Shown here: positions 41,434 to 50,171 of the stretch, piece after piece
How positions within the stretch are numbered: the first letter of the stretch is position 1
How the letters are laid out: the number at the start of each line of letters is the position of its first letter
Source of the DNA: a candidate division WOR-3 bacterium
Lineage (GTDB): Bacteria; Hydrothermota; Hydrothermia; LBFQ01
Direction: 5' to 3'
Length of the DNA stretch: 64,000 nucleotides
NCBI GenBank assembly: GCA_039802605.1
Contig: JBDRWW010000001.1
Span: 64,001 to 128,000, forward strand
Translations under genes and position numbers: made by a program
Notes under the pieces: model-generated
What the model was told of the DNA's origin: nothing
Databases searched by the model: none
Seen by the model: only the letters and a program-made list of their open reading frames with translations

Positions 41434-42566
41434 AAAACCGAATAATACTCCTTTCGGCTTTGCTACTCTGTACATTTGGAGTTTTAAATCTGCTTCCCAG
41501 TGTGGATTTGGTTATAAGGCAGACCCTTTACATACTCTTTTCCCTCGGGATATTTTTATTCGTTCGCGGAATTAATATTAGGGTAATTTTGGAATTTTCA
41601 AGGGTTTTGTACATTATAACCCTTGTATTACTCATTCTCGTACTCTTTGTGGGTACGGGTTCAGGGGGTGTTAATAGGTGGATAAACTTGGGAATAATAA
41701 ACTTTCAACCATCGGAATTGGCAAAAGTTTCCATACCTCTATTCCTCCTTACCTTGGAGGGAGACATAAAGAAACTAATCGCCGGTCTTGTTCCGGCCTT
41801 TCTTATACTCATAGAACCGGATCTTGCCACATCAACGGTTATAGTATTTTTAACCTGGATTGTTGTATTCATAACCACAAGAAATTTACCCTTTGTGATA
41901 TACTTGGCATCCATACCCTTAGCGACCATTTTTTCATTTTCAAAAATTCCCTTCGGAATATTCCTGGGTGCTATTTCCTTATCTTTTATGCTCCTAAGGG
42001 TTAAGTTTGAATGGTTGGTCGGTGCCATTTTATCCCTTATATTTGTGGGACTTATAACACCCGTAATATGGGAAAGGGGTTTAAAGGATTATCAGAGGAA
42101 ACGGATACTCGCCATTATAAACCCTTCGGAACATACTGAAAAGCTCTGGCAAACATATCAATCAAGAATAGCCTTAGCAAATGCTGGACCTTTTGGGAAA
42201 GGTATATACGGGGCCACACAAAAACTTTACGGATATTTACCCGCTTCGCATACAGATTTTGCCTTTTCCTCATTTGTTGAAACATACGGATTTGTAGGGG
42301 GATTTATTGTACTATCACTAACCGCTATAATGGTTTTTAGTATTCTATCTACGGCTTTTTCCGAAGATGTAATTTTAAGGAATATATCGGTAGTCGTTGG
42401 ATCCTTCTTTACATACCAATCGTTTGCAAACATGATGTCGGTTTTTGGGGTATTTCCCGTCGCCGGAATACCATACCCGTTTTTAAGTTTTGGGGGAAGT
42501 CATATAATATCCGAGTGGTTATTTTTGGCCGTTTTGTTTTCCGCTTATACATGGAAAACTTCGTAA
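41430..42566 (+). CDS. rodA: SEDS family protein (RodA/FtsW)
   Basis: RWI.LG..FQPSELAK, EPDL, YQRKRI, LPASHTDF, G.PYPFLSFGGS. Confidence 0.85.
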   Translation: MKNRIILLSALLLCTFGVLNLLPSVDLVIRQTLYILFSLGIFLFVRGINIRVILEFSRVLYIITLVLLILVLFVGTGSGGVNRWINLGIINFQPSELAKVSIPLFLLTLEGDIKKLIAGLVPAFLILIEPDLATSTVIVFLTWIVVFITTRNLPFVIYLASIPLATIFSFSKIPFGIFLGAISLSFMLLRVKFEWLVGAILSLIFVGLITPVIWERGLKDYQRKRILAIINPSEHTEKLWQTYQSRIALANAGPFGKGIYGATQKLYGYLPASHTDFAFSSFVETYGFVGGFIVLSLTAIMVFSILSTAFSEDVILRNISVVVGSFFTYQSFANMMSVFGVFPVAGIPYPFLSFGGSHIISEWLFLAVLFSAYTWKTS

Positions 42567-42654
42567 AAATTGCTGGGAAGGGCAATCTTAAAGGCTTTAG
42601 TAAAGGGAAACCTTAGGGAAAGGAACTACAAATGGAACTCCCGGAACGGATAAA

Positions 42655-42985
42655 AAGGTTCTTGTGCGAAGGGGGTAAATCCAAAGGCTATTAAAAGATA
42701 AACGAAATATGTTCAACAAATTCAATGGCGGGTAGCTAATAAACCCTCAACCATTGCTTTAAGGGTTAAGGCAACGAAAAGGTTCTACATCTTATGAAAA
42801 CCCCTTACTTATTCCAAGGAAGGAAAAAAGAGGTTATAATTGTACCCTTTGTCAGGTCAAACCTCGAAGGGAATCTCGTATTTTTGGAAAATTTGAGGAG
42901 GTTGGATGTCTCTATAACCCGTGCAAAGATGAAACTTGTTTTGTACCTGTTGAAAATTTATAAGATAAGCCTTATAATATCTTAA
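42655..42985 (+). pseudogene. Collapsed remnant of an IGHMBP2/DNA2-NAM7-like SF1 helicase
   Basis: Fragments in different frames: ICSTNSMAGS (42707-42736), [15 protein letters not shown] (42741-), [17 protein letters not shown]...[16 protein letters not shown] (42794-42985). Confidence 0.7.
42950..42978 (+). promoter_or_regulatory. Canonical sigma70 promoter TTGAAA-N17-TATAAT
   Basis: TTGAAA at 42950-42955, TATAAT at 42973-42978, ATG 7 nt later at 42986. Confidence 0.7.
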
Positions 42986-44924
42986 ATGGTAGAAGAAGGA
43001 TATAGAAGTTGATGACAATTATTATTTTCCAGATGAAGCGTTTTTAAAAATAAAAAATTCCATAGAAAAATACCGGAGTTTCATCGTATTTTCATATTGG
43101 GGAGATAAAATTTATCAAAAAGTTTTATATGCATTAAAAACGATTTCCCCAAAGATAACCTTATATGAACCGCCGGCTGGAGACTTAAAAGATGCAAATC
43201 TTTCTCTAAACACATTTTTATGGAGGAGAAAGAGATACATACTTATAAATTTCGATGAGTATGAGAAATATAAAAACTTAACGGACTTTATGATAATGGG
43301 AAGGAGAAAAGGCTACAATTTTATCGGTATTAGTAGCTTTGGTGGTGATAAGGAATTGCTATACGAAAATATATTCAGGTCCTATGGTATATCGCCAAAG
43401 GATATATTTGACGAGGAGATTAATTTGATAGATTTTTACGATTACAACTTTATACTGGATAAAGGTGTTGAGGGATTACTAAAATGGGAAAACAGATGGA
43501 ACAATATGGATATTGAAAGTAAAATGCTTTTGAATATAATAAAGGTTTTTGTTGATAAAGATTTAACTTTAGACAATTATGGTATCCCCATAATATGGTT
43601 GGAAAAGGTTTTCCAAAAAAAGGGGGCAAATTTTGAGAAGGCATTAAAAGATTTAAAAATATTTGAATTCGTTAAAATACAAAACGGTTTAATATACCCA
43701 AACATGTTATCCCTTCAAATCATTCCGGTAGGGGATATGGATATAAGGTTCTTTTTGGGTATTGACGATGTATTAAATTTAAAAATTTTAAGGAATTTGG
43801 TGAGTGGCGAGAAATACGATTTGGACCCGCGAAAAATAGTAAATATAAATACATTGAATTCATCCGAAAGGATAGAATTTTTGATGATCCTTTTAGATTT
43901 TAACACAAATAAATATCTATGGGATTTAGATATCTCTATGCTAAGCTCCGCAGAAATTTATGCGGATGAACTTAAAAGGTTTATCAATCGCGTTGATACG
44001 GATATAAAACATAAAATACTATATTCTTTGGGAAAGTTTTATACCGTTAAAGGTTTTGAAATAGAACCATTAAACAATCTTGCAAAGGCAATAGAATTTC
44101 TGGGAAATAGTTTCAACATAGCCTGCTCCCAAGGGTTTTCATTTTCGGCGGGTAAATATTTCTTGGACTATATACAAGCGCTTATAAACCTTTCGTATAT
44201 TGAAGAACCCCATGAGGTTTTGGAAAAAGCCCACAATCTGATCACCAAATACGAGAACATTATACCCCCAGATCTTGAAAACGAGTTTAAATATGTTAAG
44301 ATAAATACAGAATTGCACTTATACTACCATATGGGATATAAAGAGGGATTAAAGGGGTTATTAAGGGATTTTGAGGTATTAATGAAAAAAATTCCTCAAA
44401 ATAGCAAAATAAAAACAAAAGTTTTAACATCCTTGGGAATACTATATATGCTTTTGGAGGAATTTCCCATAGCAAATACATATTTTGAAGAGGCGGAAAA
44501 ATTACAAAATAACAGGTATGCTTTTTTGCGCTTACACATTTGGAGACTTTATAATCTTCTAAACTATGCCGATATAAACCTTGTTATTGAAGATATAAAA
44601 AAGCACTTGGAACCCGAGATAATGGAGAATGCACCCATAACATATGGCATATATTTGTTCCTTTTGGGTCGCGCACATTATAAGATGTTCTTGAAAGAAA
44701 GGACAAATAAATTAAAACACGAGGCAATAAGTATCTTAACCTCCGCCGTAAGGTTTCTCAACGGTTTAAGCCTATTTAAATCCCTTGCTTGGGAACTTAT
44801 GGGAGATATATATAAAGTTATCGGGGATTACGGTTTATCCCAACAGTTTTATATGCTTTCAAACGACTATTTTGAAAAATCTCTGGTTAATAAAATAAAG
44901 TTGAGAAAGAAAATACCTCTATAA
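42986..44924 (+). CDS. AT-rich hypothetical protein with TPR-like C-terminus; apparent frameshift near the 5' end
   Basis: The 43290 frame is open from 42993 with no start codon for 99 codons. The promoter-linked ATG 42986 is in another frame (MVEEGYRS*). Confidence 0.65.
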
Positions 44925-44925
44925 A

Positions 44926-44998
44926 AGCCACCGGGCGGACTCGAACCGCCGACCTGCGGTTTACGAAACCGCCGCTCTGCCGACTGAGCTACGGTGGC
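44926..44998 (-). tRNA. tRNA-Thr(CGT), CCA not encoded
   Basis: GCCACCG/CGGTGGC acceptor, GCGGT-TTCGTAA-ACCGC anticodon arm, GTTCGAGTC. Confidence 0.95.
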
Positions 44999-45008
44999 GT
45001 GAGTAAAT

Positions 45009-45071
45009 ATTATAAGGTTGAAAGTTTTGAAAGCAATCTACTTTCCAAAACAAACTTCACGGGGGTATAAT
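45009..45071. promoter_or_regulatory. Divergent promoters for tRNA-Thr and nuoN
   Basis: Minus-strand TATAAT at 45009-45014 and plus-strand TATAAT at 45066-45071 (8 nt before ATG), both with C 6 nt upstream. Confidence 0.7.
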
Positions 45072-45079
45072 ACCCGCTT

Positions 45080-46486
45080 ATGAGTATTACAAAGGATATT
45101 TTTCTAATACAGCCCGAAATCGTTTTATCCGTGGGTATTCTCTTATCTTTGATTATCGATATACTCGCGACTAGGTCGGTTAAATGGTTTGTATCCCTGT
45201 TTTCCGTGATAGTACTTGTTATAACCGGATTTTATGTGTTAACAAACTTTTACAACGAGGGTGAAGCCTTTAAGATGCTCTCCATAACTTCTTTAAGCCG
45301 AACCTTTGATGTTGTTATTATTTTGGGAGCCATTATTACAAGCCTTTTGGCATGGGATAGGGAAGGGGAACACCAATTCTTGCTTTTATCCGCCACCCTC
45401 GGCGCTATGATTTTGGTAAAAGCGATTAACTTTATATCCTTTATTTTAGCCCTTGAACTCTTTTCATTTGCCATCGTAGGACAAATAGCGCTATCAAAGG
45501 ATGAACTGGGGATTGAGGCGGCTTTAAAGTTTTTCATTCTATCGGTCATAGCTTCAACTTTTATAGTTATGGGTGTTGCATTGCTTTACACCATATTTGG
45601 GACATTTGACTTTAAAAAGATATTTTTAGAGACAACCTTTAAACCCGTTTTTCAAGCAAAACCTTTAATATTCATATCCGCATTCGTGTTAGTATTGGTG
45701 GGTTTGGCCTTTAAACTCGCAGCGGTGCCTTTCCACTTTTGGACACCGGAAGTTTTTAGAGGGGCACACTCTTCGGTGGGTGGATTTATAGCAACGGTAT
45801 CAAAGGCTTCGGCCTTTGGTTTCCTTGTTAATTTCTTATATATAATTTTTGGAAATGTCCCTTACCTTTGGGGTGAGCTTTTAATTTGGTTGGGAGCCAT
45901 TACGATGTTTGTCGGTAATTTGGCCGCCTTGGCGGAAAACGATATAAAGAGGATGCTGGGGTATTCAACCATAGCACATGCCGGGTATATTATGGTTGCC
46001 TTTGGTGTGGGGACCGATACGGCCATTGGAGCCGCCATATTTTACCTTTTGGTTTATACCCTTATGACTTTGGGTGCCTTTGCGGTTGTAAACTCCATAG
46101 GTGAAAATAACACATCTTTGGAACATTATAAAGGCATATCAAAGAACCACGGTCTTCAAGCCTTTTTGCTTTTGATATTTCTCGTTTCCCTTGCCGGAAT
46201 ACCCCCAACCGCCGGCTTTGTGGGGAAGTTCTATCTGTTTATGGAAGTCGTTAAATCCGGGGAATACGCCTTGGCGATATGGGCGTTTTTAAACGGCGTA
46301 ATTTCCACGTTCTATTATGTTAGACCTATATTCTACTCGTACGGCTTTGAACCCAAGTACGAATTCAAAAGCGTATTAACACCGACCATAGCAGCGGTGT
46401 TTATAATTGGCTTCATAGGGGTTATATATCTTGGACTTGCACCAAGCGGAATACTTGAATTCATTTCAAGCGCGTTTACACACTGA
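45080..46486 (+). CDS. nuoN: NADH-quinone oxidoreductase subunit N
   Basis: EAALKFF, FKLAAVPFHFWTP, KRMLGYSTIAHAGY, SLAGIPPTAGF.GK. Confidence 0.93.
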   Translation: MSITKDIFLIQPEIVLSVGILLSLIIDILATRSVKWFVSLFSVIVLVITGFYVLTNFYNEGEAFKMLSITSLSRTFDVVIILGAIITSLLAWDREGEHQFLLLSATLGAMILVKAINFISFILALELFSFAIVGQIALSKDELGIEAALKFFILSVIASTFIVMGVALLYTIFGTFDFKKIFLETTFKPVFQAKPLIFISAFVLVLVGLAFKLAAVPFHFWTPEVFRGAHSSVGGFIATVSKASAFGFLVNFLYIIFGNVPYLWGELLIWLGAITMFVGNLAALAENDIKRMLGYSTIAHAGYIMVAFGVGTDTAIGAAIFYLLVYTLMTLGAFAVVNSIGENNTSLEHYKGISKNHGLQAFLLLIFLVSLAGIPPTAGFVGKFYLFMEVVKSGEYALAIWAFLNGVISTFYYVRPIFYSYGFEPKYEFKSVLTPTIAAVFIIGFIGVIYLGLAPSGILEFISSAFTH

Positions 46487-47160
46487 TGTGGGAGTTTGAA
46501 TCCCTTAGGATCTGGGTCCTATACGACCCGGATAAAATGGGTGTTGAAGAGTTTTATGATAAAGTTGTATCTTTGGGGGATCTCGTGGGTGCAATTCTGG
46601 TGGGCACGAGTTTCCTTGAAGGGGATATTTGTCCAAAGGTAAAGGCGCTAAAGGATTTATCAAAATTCCCCGTTATCCTATTCCCGGGTTCCCATTATCA
46701 GATATGCCCTTATTACGATTATGTCCTATTTCTATCCCTGATATCTGGTAGGAATCCCGAGTATTTAATAGGAGAGCATGTAAAGGCGTCCCCAATGATA
46801 AAGAGGTATAACTTGAAGGTTATACCAACGGCGTATTTGCTAATCGATGGTGGGGTATATACTTCAACCGAATTTATAACCAATACAAAACCCTTACCCA
46901 GAAATAAGTACGATTTAATCCTTTCCCATTGCTTGGCGGCAAAATACTTGGGTTTTTCGGCTATTTATTTGGAAGCGGGTTCTGGGGCGATCCTAAGCGT
47001 TCCGTATGAGGTGGTGAAGATTGTTAAGGAGGAGGTGGGTTTACCTTTAATCGTGGGTGGTGGTATAAGGTTAAAAAAGCAAATAGAAAACTATTTCAAA
47101 AGCGGCGCGGATATAGTTGTGGTGGGAACCGCCATTGAGGATGATGATAGGGAAATTTGA
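46486..47160 (+). CDS. Geranylgeranylglyceryl phosphate synthase family (group II-like)
   Basis: DPDK, FPGS, LSLISGRNPEYLIG, YLEAGSGA, VGGGIR, VVVGT. Confidence 0.9.
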   Translation: MWEFESLRIWVLYDPDKMGVEEFYDKVVSLGDLVGAILVGTSFLEGDICPKVKALKDLSKFPVILFPGSHYQICPYYDYVLFLSLISGRNPEYLIGEHVKASPMIKRYNLKVIPTAYLLIDGGVYTSTEFITNTKPLPRNKYDLILSHCLAAKYLGFSAIYLEAGSGAILSVPYEVVKIVKEEVGLPLIVGGGIRLKKQIENYFKSGADIVVVGTAIEDDDREI

Positions 47161-47452
47161 ACGTTTTTTGGGGGCAATCTGTTATCTACCCTTCTTATTT
47201 GTTATTCCCCTATTTTTGAATCCAAGCCATTTTTTGGTTTTTCATATAAAACAGGGTTTCCTCCTTTCGTTTCTATGGATGATATGGTTATACATTTATC
47301 ATTTTATCCCTATAATCGGCTGGTACATAATAGGCCCATTCGGTTTTATATTCCTCGTTTTTCTAACGGTTTTTGGAATGGTTAAAGCCTTTAACGGCGA
47401 TATGGAACCTTTGCCCTTTGTGGGGATATGGGTTGAAAAATTGAGATTATGA
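47141..47452 (+). CDS. Small membrane protein (DUF4870-like)
   Basis: GAICY.PFL..IP, FHIKQG, GMVKAFNG..PLPFVG. Confidence 0.7.
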   Translation: MMIGKFERFLGAICYLPFLFVIPLFLNPSHFLVFHIKQGFLLSFLWMIWLYIYHFIPIIGWYIIGPFGFIFLVFLTVFGMVKAFNGDMEPLPFVGIWVEKLRL

Positions 47453-48741
47453 AGTACATATGTTCGGTTTGCGGGTATATGTCGTTAAAACCCCTTGGTA
47501 GGTGTCCAAATTGTGGGGAATGGGATACATTCGTTGAGGAGGGGAAAAGGGAAAAGGGGGGGAAGTTAAAGGTTATCAAATTAAAGGATGTAAAGATAAA
47601 GGAGAACCTTAGAATAGATACGGGTATAGAAGGGGTTAATAGGGTTTTGGGTGGGGGTTTGGTTAAAGGTAGCGCCGTGCTATTGGGTGGAAGCCCCGGA
47701 GTGGGGAAATCAACATTGTTCTTGCAAATTGCAAATAACCTAAACGCTTACGGTTATAAGGTTCTACTGGTTTCGGCTGAGGAATCGGTTCATCAGGTAA
47801 AGCAAAGGGCGGAAAGGCTAAAGATAAATTTGGATGTGGAAATTACCGAGGAAACCAATATTGATTATGTGTTAAACGGGGCGGAAGGCTACGATGTTAT
47901 CTTTGTGGATTCTATTCAGGCGGTTTATACATCCGACCTTAACTCACCCCCGGGTTCAATATCGCAGGTTAGGTTTTGTGCGGATAAGCTTTTTAAGTTT
48001 GCCAAAACAACAAATACAACGGTTTTGCTATCGGGACATATAACGAAAAGTGGGGTTATAGCCGGTCCCAAAACATTGGAACATTTGGTAGATGTGGTTT
48101 TATACCTTGAAGGGGAAAAGGGTAATATGTTGAGGATTTTGAGGGCGGAGAAAAACAGGTTTGGACCCACGGATGAGATATCTTTTTTTGTAATGGAGGA
48201 GGCTGGTTTGCTTTCAATTGAAGATCCTTCAAGGTATTTCTATACACCATCGGACATCCCCAAGATAGGGGTCGCATATACTATAACCCTAAAAGGTAGT
48301 ATTCCAATGGTTTTGGAAGTTCAAGCCTTGGTACATAATACCTTTTACCCGGTTCCCCTAAGGCACTCCGTGGGTTATGATCCTAAAAGGTTAGCCATAG
48401 TTTTGGCCTTGTTGGAAAAACTGTTAAACTATAAGTTTGCAAAAACCGATGTTTATATCAACATAGGCGGGGGAATTAAAACGGATGACTCTTTCATAGA
48501 CATGGCCGTTTGCTCATCTATAATATCCTCGCTTAGAAACATACCATTGGACAATGCCGGTATATTCATAGGTGAGATCTCGCTAACCGGGGAGTTTAAA
48601 TCCCCAATAAACCTTGAAGTTAGGGAAAACGAGGGGAAAAGGGTCGGCTTTAAGAGGATTTATTCGGCCAAACCGGGAAGGATACTTGAATGGTTTGAGG
48701 TTAAGAACTTAAAGGATTTGAATTCCGTTATATCCCCATAA
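47449..48741 (+). CDS. radA: DNA repair protein RadA/Sms
   Basis: C4 zinc finger, GSPGVGKST, DSIQ, GPKTLEHLVD, KNRFG. Confidence 0.97.
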   Translation: MKYICSVCGYMSLKPLGRCPNCGEWDTFVEEGKREKGGKLKVIKLKDVKIKENLRIDTGIEGVNRVLGGGLVKGSAVLLGGSPGVGKSTLFLQIANNLNAYGYKVLLVSAEESVHQVKQRAERLKINLDVEITEETNIDYVLNGAEGYDVIFVDSIQAVYTSDLNSPPGSISQVRFCADKLFKFAKTTNTTVLLSGHITKSGVIAGPKTLEHLVDVVLYLEGEKGNMLRILRAEKNRFGPTDEISFFVMEEAGLLSIEDPSRYFYTPSDIPKIGVAYTITLKGSIPMVLEVQALVHNTFYPVPLRHSVGYDPKRLAIVLALLEKLLNYKFAKTDVYINIGGGIKTDDSFIDMAVCSSIISSLRNIPLDNAGIFIGEISLTGEFKSPINLEVRENEGKRVGFKRIYSAKPGRILEWFEVKNLKDLNSVISP

Positions 48742-49327
48742 CTGCATAGTACAGTATGTTTATGCCCATCTTTATCGCCTTTTCCCTTATATCCTGGGGA
48801 TCTCCATACCTATCCGTCCAACCGTCGGAAACATTGGAATTCCAAGTGTACAGCACCGCAAGCCTACCCCTGATAAATATTCCATAAGCCTTTGGAGGAC
48901 CCGGATAATGTTCATGAACCTTGGGAAGAGGTATATCGTAAAATATACGGAATATGGGATGATCCGGGGGGATTTCCACGAGTTCGTACTCCGGGAAAAC
49001 CCTTTTTATTTCCCTCCTAAAAGCGCTATCAAGCCCGTAATCGTCATCTACATAAAGAAAGCCTCCATTTTCAAGGTATTTTCTTAAATTCTTAATTTCC
49101 TCATCGGAAAACCTTATACCGTCATGACCCGTAATAAAAAGCATAACATATTCGTATATTTCAGGTGAGGAGAGTTTTATGGAATAGGCGTTCGTGTCAA
49201 AAATAGGGGATACCCGGGAGTTGAACTCCTTGGTTATGTTGGGTAAAATCTCGGGATCGTTATACCAATCACCACCGCCCCCGTATTCAACCCTTGCTAT
49301 CTTTAATAATGAGATTAGAATAATCAT
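48728..49327 (-). CDS. DUF4159 domain protein
   Basis: YGGGGDWY, TGH, GGFLYVDDDYG, HPIF, LPKVHEH. Confidence 0.8.
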   Translation of the reverse strand: MIILISLLKIARVEYGGGGDWYNDPEILPNITKEFNSRVSPIFDTNAYSIKLSSPEIYEYVMLFITGHDGIRFSDEEIKNLRKYLENGGFLYVDDDYGLDSAFRREIKRVFPEYELVEIPPDHPIFRIFYDIPLPKVHEHYPGPPKAYGIFIRGRLAVLYTWNSNVSDGWTDRYGDPQDIREKAIKMGINILYYAVMGI

Positions 49328-50130
49328 TCCAACTCTTTTAAGGCTTTTTCGTAGAGTTCATCGGTTAATACGCCACTATGCCATTTGTAGTCGTTTTCCA
49401 TAAACGAAATCCCTTTGCCTTTAACCGTATGCGCTATTATAAACTGGGGTTTATCCTGTGTTTTCGCCCATGTGAAAACCTTGTATAACTCTTCCATATT
49501 GTGGCCATCAACCTCTTTTACCACCCATTTAAAAGCCTCAACCTTCTCCCTTATGGGCTCCGGGTCGTTTATCTCATTAACATTTCCCTCTATTTGTAGG
49601 TGGTTGTAATCAAGTATAAAGGTTAGGTTGTTTAAGCGGTAATTTCCGGCCATCATAATTGCTTCCCAAGTTTGACCTTCCTGTAATTCCGCATCGCTTA
49701 TAACCGTCCAAACCCTTGAAGGTTTATTACTCAACTTTAACCCAAGCGCCATACCGACCGAAATGGATGTCCCCTGAGATAACGAGCCGGTTGAGGCCTC
49801 CGCCCAAGGCGTTCTCCTCCTTGAAGGGTGTCCCTGTAAAATGCCATTAACATTTCTAAACTTTTTCAGTTCTTCCCTGTCTATCCAACCCAATAGGGAC
49901 CATATGGAGTATAGGGTTGCGCATCCATGCCCCTTCGATAACACAAACCTATCCCTATCCTCCCAAAAGGGATCCTCCCTTTTTATGTTCATTACCTTAA
50001 AGAACAAAACCAAACCTACCTCAACCCAAGATAGCGCACCCCCTTGATGCCCCGATTGCGCCCTATAAGTCATCTCAATTATATCCCTACGAACGATTTT
50101 TGCGTATTCCTTCAATTTCTCAAAATCCAT
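49324..50130 (-). CDS. Transketolase N-terminal (TPP-binding) subunit
   Basis: SGH.GG.LS, RDRFVLSKGH, LQGHP, STGSL.QG, HTVKGKG. Confidence 0.92.
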   Translation of the reverse strand: MDFEKLKEYAKIVRRDIIEMTYRAQSGHQGGALSWVEVGLVLFFKVMNIKREDPFWEDRDRFVLSKGHGCATLYSIWSLLGWIDREELKKFRNVNGILQGHPSRRRTPWAEASTGSLSQGTSISVGMALGLKLSNKPSRVWTVISDAELQEGQTWEAIMMAGNYRLNNLTFILDYNHLQIEGNVNEINDPEPIREKVEAFKWVVKEVDGHNMEELYKVFTWAKTQDKPQFIIAHTVKGKGISFMENDYKWHSGVLTDELYEKALKELE

Positions 50131-50171
50131 AACTTTGTAGTATAAAGTTGAGGACCTTATAATATTTGCCC

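Noticed and set aside
42569..42587. ATTGC-N8-GCAAT hairpin after rodA as a terminator
   Set aside because: Only a 5-6 bp stem and no U-tract
42567..44998. Integrative element at tRNA-Thr
   Set aside because: No integrase, and no duplicated tRNA 3' end found near 42567; kept only as an AT-rich islet
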